Shown here in pieces: positions 28,182-32,000 of a DNA stretch of 32,000 bases. The notes beneath the pieces are model-generated. The model had not been told where the DNA came from and did no database searches. It worked only from the letters and a program-made list of their open reading frames with translations. The stretch covers positions 2,910,001-2,942,000 of the forward strand of contig OY969938.1 in NCBI GenBank assembly GCA_963704755.1. The letters are read 5' to 3'. The translations under genes and the position numbers were made by a program. The number at the start of each line of letters is the position of its first letter. Position 1 is the stretch's first letter. The DNA is from an uncultured Chloroflexia bacterium (GTDB lineage Bacteria > Chloroflexota > Anaerolineae > Anaerolineales > Anaerolineaceae).

Positions 28182-29500
28182 GCGGATTGGGCCAACCGGC
28201 CTTGCATCGACCAGGGCCCGCTGCGGGTAATTTCGACCGGCAGCACCTGCCCAAACAGGTCGTCTTCGGCTTCGACGAAGACCAGCTTGTTGGTGGGGGT
28301 ACGCCCCTTCCAGCGCCCGCGGACGAGTTCTTCGAAGAGGATGTCCACGGTTTGGCCCTCGTAAGTGGCATGGATTCCGGCCGCGATGCTTTCCTGAAGC
28401 TCTTCCAGGGCGCGGAAACGACGCCATTTCTCTTCGTCAGGCACGTCGTCGGGCATACGCCGGGCTGAGACGGTGCCCTTGCGCGGTGAATAGCGGGCCA
28501 GGTGAGCCACGTCCAGCTTGAGCTCGTTCAGCAAGTCGTATGTGCCCTGGAATTGTTCGTCGCTCTCGCCGGGGAACCCCACAATGATATCGGTGGCGAT
28601 CGAAACGCCCGGGATGCGCTCGCGGATCTTGCCGACCAGGTCACGGTACTGGCCGGTGGAGTAGCCCCGGTGCATGTTGGCCAAAACCTGGTCGTCACCG
28701 GCCTGGACGGGCACCTCGATATGGGGCATCACCTTGGGCAGTTCGGCCACGGCATCCAGCAGGTCATCCGTCATCCAGTTGGGGTGCGAGGTCAGGAAGC
28801 GGATCCGCTCCAGACCCTCGATCTGCTGCAGCCGGCGCAGCAGCCCACTCAAGGTGGGATATTCGGGCTGGTCCTTGCCATAGCGATCCACGATCTGGCC
28901 CAACAAAGTGATCTCGCGCACACCCTGGTTGACCAGGGCGCGGGCTTCGGCCAGGATCTCTTCAGGCGGCCGGCTTTGCTCGATCCCGCGGCGGTAGGGG
29001 ATGATGCAAAAAGTGCAGGCGTGCGAGCAGCCGTACACGATGGGGATGAAACCGGAGACCAGGCTGCCGCGTTGTTCGACCGGCAGAACCAGGTCTTCGT
29101 CCTGCCAGGCGAAGCGGCGGGCGGTCTCGGCTTCTTCCAGCGAGTGGACGTCGCGCTGCAGCAGGTAATCGACCAGGGGGGAGGGGTCAGATGGGGGCGA
29201 GAACACGTCCACGATCGGGAAACGTTCGACCAACCGCGGGTTGCCTTTGACGCCTACCAGGCAGCCCATCAAATTGATGACCATGCCTGGCCGGGCTTTC
29301 TTGATCGGCCGCAGCGAGTTAAGCCGCCCATAGGCTTTATCCTCGGCCGACTGGCGCACCACACAGGTGTTCAGTACGATCACGTCGGCGTCCTCGGCCT
29401 GGGGGGTATTCTGGTAGCCCATATGCTCCAGGGCAGAGGCCACCCGCTGCGAATCGGCCACGTTCATCTGACAGCCTTCAGTCCAGATGTAGTATTTCAT
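28178..29500 (-). CDS. miaB: tRNA-2-methylthio-N6-dimethylallyladenosine synthase (radical SAM methylthiotransferase)
   Basis: MKYYIWTEGCQMNVADSQRVASALEHMGY...ADVIVLNTCVVR (UPF0004 domain Cys triad), radical-SAM CSHACTFCIIP, and a C-terminal TRAM-like segment. Confidence 0.88.
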   Translation of the reverse strand: MKYYIWTEGCQMNVADSQRVASALEHMGYQNTPQAEDADVIVLNTCVVRQSAEDKAYGRLNSLRPIKKARPGMVINLMGCLVGVKGNPRLVERFPIVDVFSPPSDPSPLVDYLLQRDVHSLEEAETARRFAWQDEDLVLPVEQRGSLVSGFIPIVYGCSHACTFCIIPYRRGIEQSRPPEEILAEARALVNQGVREITLLGQIVDRYGKDQPEYPTLSGLLRRLQQIEGLERIRFLTSHPNWMTDDLLDAVAELPKVMPHIEVPVQAGDDQVLANMHRGYSTGQYRDLVGKIRERIPGVSIATDIIVGFPGESDEQFQGTYDLLNELKLDVAHLARYSPRKGTVSARRMPDDVPDEEKWRRFRALEELQESIAAGIHATYEGQTVDILFEELVRGRWKGRTPTNKLVFVEAEDDLFGQVLPVEITRSGPWSMQGRLAQSA

Positions 29501-29600
29501 GGGCAGAATTATATCAAGATTTGAGATTGAAATCGAATAAGTTTAGTCCGAATATAAGCGCCATTCAAGAGATAGATTGTCGTAGCGGGCTCTGTTCTTG

Positions 29601-29881
29601 GCCCCTCTCCCGTTTCTGGGAGAGGGGTTGGGGTGAGGGCCAGCGCTGGCCGATCAACCTCCGTTGGGTTACGGGCAAGGCCCAGTAAACCGAAGCCCCT
29701 CCGTGCGCCGGTGTCATAAAAGAGCCCGCGACCCAACCTACATTTCTCCAGCTTCGAAAGCCGGCCATAAAAAGGAAATCCGCGCCGGGTTGAACCCCAC
29801 GCAGGTGGGGCTTCGTGTCCTTGTTGCTGCGACCTCGGTCGCCGCTCCGTTTCTGCGACAGAGATTGGTTTGAGGGCGAAG
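29601..29881. repeat. Composite of dispersed repeat modules
   Basis: 29601-29641 GCCCCTCTCCCGTTTCTGGGAGAGGGGTTGGGGTGAGGGCC. 29663-29742 is a REP-B pair (GTTGGGTTACGGGC ... GCCCGCGACCCAACCTACA). 29749-29765 CCAGCTTCGAAAGCCGG. 29815-29881 is a degenerate copy of the second half of the 215-bp unit. Confidence 0.8.
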
Positions 29882-30134
29882 TTCCTGCTGAGGTGTATTT
29901 ATTTCGTCCATCGGCCCGTGCGCCTGGAAACGGGAGTATACTTTAATCTAGAAAGGGTAAGATAGAACTCTCGGTGGCTCATTTCCGCCTGCGTCGAAAC
30001 CATCTGCTGCACGGAGTGGCTTCCCAACCGGACATCGATCGAAGGTTAGCGGTTGAGATGTGAGTTTATCGGTTCAAGGGGAACCAGTGAATAGCCTGAT
30101 CGTTTCAGGCTGGCCAGTTTAAGGAGTTGAAAGA

Positions 30135-30527
30135 ATGAGAAACGTTTGGAAATGGGTTGTCATCATCGGCGGGATACTGATCCTGGCCTTTTTGGTAGCC
30201 CTATTTTTGTTCGGCAGGGGGATCGGGTATCGGTGGTTTCCTGGTTATATGCCGATGATGAACGGGCCCTGGCAAATGGGTCCGAACATGTTCGGTTTTC
30301 GTGGAGGGGGGCTTTCAGGAGGGTGGACCGTGGTCTTTGGAATAATTTTTGTCTTACTGGCTTTATTAGCACTGGTGGTGTTGGTAGGCGTGGGCATCTT
30401 TTTCCTGGTGCGTGCGTCGAACCGGGCCCAAACCCAGCCGGCGGTCAGCGCCAAGACCTGCCCGAGCTGTGGTAAACCGGTGCAGGCGGATTGGGCGAAC
30501 TGCCCCTATTGCGGCACAAAATTGTAA
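30135..30527 (+). CDS. Small membrane protein with a C-terminal zinc-ribbon
   Basis: 130 aa, AAGGAG RBS, two TM helices, and CPSCGKPVQADWANCPYCGTKL (CxxC-x10-CxxC). Confidence 0.7.
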   Translation: MRNVWKWVVIIGGILILAFLVALFLFGRGIGYRWFPGYMPMMNGPWQMGPNMFGFRGGGLSGGWTVVFGIIFVLLALLALVVLVGVGIFFLVRASNRAQTQPAVSAKTCPSCGKPVQADWANCPYCGTKL

Positions 30528-30560
30528 CTGTTCTGCCCTGATCCGCATGCTCGCAGTTCG

Positions 30561-30589
30561 TTGACAGTCTCTGCCTTCCTTGGTATGCT
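30561..30589 (+). promoter_or_regulatory. Sigma-70-type promoter for the SRP RNA
   Basis: TTGACA (30561-30566), a 17-nt spacer, then TATGCT (30584-30589), just upstream of the SRP RNA 5' stem. Confidence 0.5.
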
Positions 30590-30593
30590 TAAG

Positions 30594-30713
30594 CCCGCGT
30601 CCGGGCGGGACCGGCGCGGCAGAATCCGCCGAACCCTGTCAGGTCCGAGAGGAAGCAGCAGTAAGGTGGCCACTCTGGGCGCCGCCGGAAAACCTGCCCG
30701 GCGCATTTTTTTA
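30594..30713 (+). ncRNA. ffs: Signal recognition particle RNA (small bacterial 4.5S type)
   Basis: Conserved domain IV CCUGUCAGGUCCGAGAGGAAGCAGCAGUAAGG with a GNRA (GAGA) tetraloop. The 5' GCGUCCGGGC pairs with the 3' GCCCGGCGC. It ends in a U-run. Confidence 0.85.
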
Positions 30714-30772
30714 AGTAAAACCAGTCCGAAAAATATTTTTAGGTAACTACGCAGGATTAGGTTAAAGGGTCC

Positions 30773-30829
30773 CCGAATTTGAGGTGTTCGCGGGGGCGAA
30801 GTCTTCGACCGCGAACACCTCAAATTCGG
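30773..30829. repeat. Dispersed hairpin family copy
   Basis: CCGAATTTGAGGTGTTCGCGG-gggcgaagtcttcga-CCGCGAACACCTCAAATTCGG. Confidence 0.9.
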
Positions 30830-30909
30830 TTTCCTTACCCGATAAGTTGAGCAGTGACTACCTGAAACAATATTCGGATAGAAAACACAATTTAAATTCC
30901 GGCAGGTAC

Positions 30910-31791
30910 ATGAATAACCCTCCAGTTTGTAATTATGAAGGCTCCGACTACCAGCGAACCTTTTGGGAAGAAGGCGGGCGTAACTATGAGGACGCCGTCG
31001 AAGCCGTCGCTTTAGGCCGTTTGCTGCCCTCTTCGGGCAGGCTGATGCTGGAACTGGGCGCCGGTGCAGGCCGGAATACGCCCCGCTACACCGGCTATCA
31101 AAAGATCGTCCTGCTCGATTATTCGCGCAGCCAGCTCGAGCTGGCTCGCCAGCGCCTGGGCGACAGTGATCGATATATCTATGTGGCCGCCAATGTGTAC
31201 CATTTACCTTTCGTGGATGGTCTCTTCGACGGCGCTACCATGATCCGGACCCTGCATCACATGGCCGAGCCACGCCAGGCCCTGGAAGGCATTCGCAAGG
31301 TGCTGCAAAAGGATGCGGCTTTTATTCTGGAATACGCCAACAAGCGCAATTTAAAATCGATTTTACGGTTCAGCCTGGGCCGCCAGAGCTGGAACCCCTT
31401 CAGCCCCGAGCCGATCGAATTCGCGGCGCTCAATTACGATTTTCACCCGGCCACCGTGCGCGCCTGGTTGAAGGCCAGCCGGTTCGCGGTACGGCGCCAG
31501 TTGACCGTCTCGCACTACCGCATGGGCTTCTTCAAGAAGCTGTTTCCGCTGCGCCTGCTGGTCTGGATGGACAGCCAGGCCCAGCTCAGCGGTGATCTCT
31601 GGCAGCTTTCGCCCAGCGTGTTCACCCTTTGCCATGCCATGGGCGAGACGCCCAACGCTTCCGAAGGCGCTTTCTTCCGCTGCCCGCACTGCGGCGGCCT
31701 GTTGAAAGATACCCCGCCGCTGATCGCCTGCCCTTCGTGTGGTAAAACTTACCCGGTCGAGGGCGGCATTTACGACTTCCGGGATGAGTGA
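30910..31791 (+). CDS. Class I SAM-dependent methyltransferase with a C-terminal Trm112-like zinc ribbon
   Basis: Motif I LELGAGAGRNT. C-terminal FFRCPHCGGLL...ACPSCGKTYPVEGGIYDF. I prefer the ATG at 30910 because the tracked upstream extension runs through a palindromic repeat. Confidence 0.8.
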   Translation: MNNPPVCNYEGSDYQRTFWEEGGRNYEDAVEAVALGRLLPSSGRLMLELGAGAGRNTPRYTGYQKIVLLDYSRSQLELARQRLGDSDRYIYVAANVYHLPFVDGLFDGATMIRTLHHMAEPRQALEGIRKVLQKDAAFILEYANKRNLKSILRFSLGRQSWNPFSPEPIEFAALNYDFHPATVRAWLKASRFAVRRQLTVSHYRMGFFKKLFPLRLLVWMDSQAQLSGDLWQLSPSVFTLCHAMGETPNASEGAFFRCPHCGGLLKDTPPLIACPSCGKTYPVEGGIYDFRDE

Positions 31792-31792
31792 G

Positions 31793-32000
31793 ATGGACAC
31801 CATGGATGAGGCCCGATTACAAAAAGCCGCCGAACGGGGCGAGCCTTCCTACGTCTGGCGTGCCGGCCAGGACCGGCGCCTGGAGATGATCCGGGCTGCG
31901 GCCGGCGAGCGTCTGCACGGCCGCATTTTCGTGGACGGCTGCGGCCTGGGCATGTACCTGGGGCATCTGGCGGCCGAAGCACAGCAGGCGGTGGGCCTGG
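31793..32000 (+). CDS. Class I SAM-dependent methyltransferase, 5' fragment (runs off the window)
   Basis: ATG at 31793, then MDTMDEARLQKAAERGEPSYVWRAGQDRRLEMIRAAAGERLHGRIFVDGCGLGMYLGHL... (motif I VDGCGLG). The frame stays open to the window end. Confidence 0.6.
   Translation, partial: MDTMDEARLQKAAERGEPSYVWRAGQDRRLEMIRAAAGERLHGRIFVDGCGLGMYLGHLAAEAQQAVGL

Noticed and set aside
29880-30134. A possible structured leader or ncRNA upstream of the zinc-ribbon membrane protein and miaB
   Set aside because: The region is long and non-coding, but I could not recognise any known riboswitch or ncRNA core. There is no strong covarying structure by eye.

Overview
This is a high-GC bacterial chromosomal window: hand-counted lines give about 60% G+C. 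The gene content and the extreme load of intergenic repeats are reminiscent of Chloroflexota, but that is inference only.

Recognisable genes:
- a YbjQ-family protein and an HXXEE membrane protein
- a MacA/MacB-like tripartite ABC export module, followed by two tandem paralogous membrane-anchored proteins (one frameshifted) and an orphan sensor histidine kinase
- a C39-like peptidase/TPR protein, an 11-repeat LRR protein, an HExxH metalloprotease and a HAD hydrolase
- a metA-metY operon behind a clear SAM-I riboswitch
- a GGDEF cyclase, an AAC(3)-family acetyltransferase, a degenerate SDR-like protein and an M23 peptidase translationally coupled to miaB
- a zinc-ribbon membrane protein, an SRP (4.5S) RNA with its own promoter, and two SAM-dependent methyltransferases

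The stand-out is an AT-rich island of about 4.2 kb (about 1250-5513; hand-counted lines give about 25-30% G+C). It carries a tight three-ORF operon: a protein with a Swt1-like HEPN RNase signature (ExxLR ... RNRVMH), then two large alpha-helical HEAT/PBS-like repeat proteins. No NTPase, integrase or other recognisable enzyme is present. I cannot match it to any named defence or toxin system from memory, so it is the best candidate for an undescribed conflict system.

The island abuts a REPtron, which is an IS200-like REP-associated tyrosine transposase (RAYT) flanked by arrays of nested palindromic REPs with canonical GTAG heads.

Other repeats in the window:
- a related second REP family
- a near-identical 215-bp tandem array (about 4.5 copies)
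- a dispersed family of about 55-bp perfect hairpins with covarying stems
- two further small hairpin families
- a polypurine/microsatellite-rich 0.8-kb non-coding region

No CRISPR array, tRNA or rRNA was seen.
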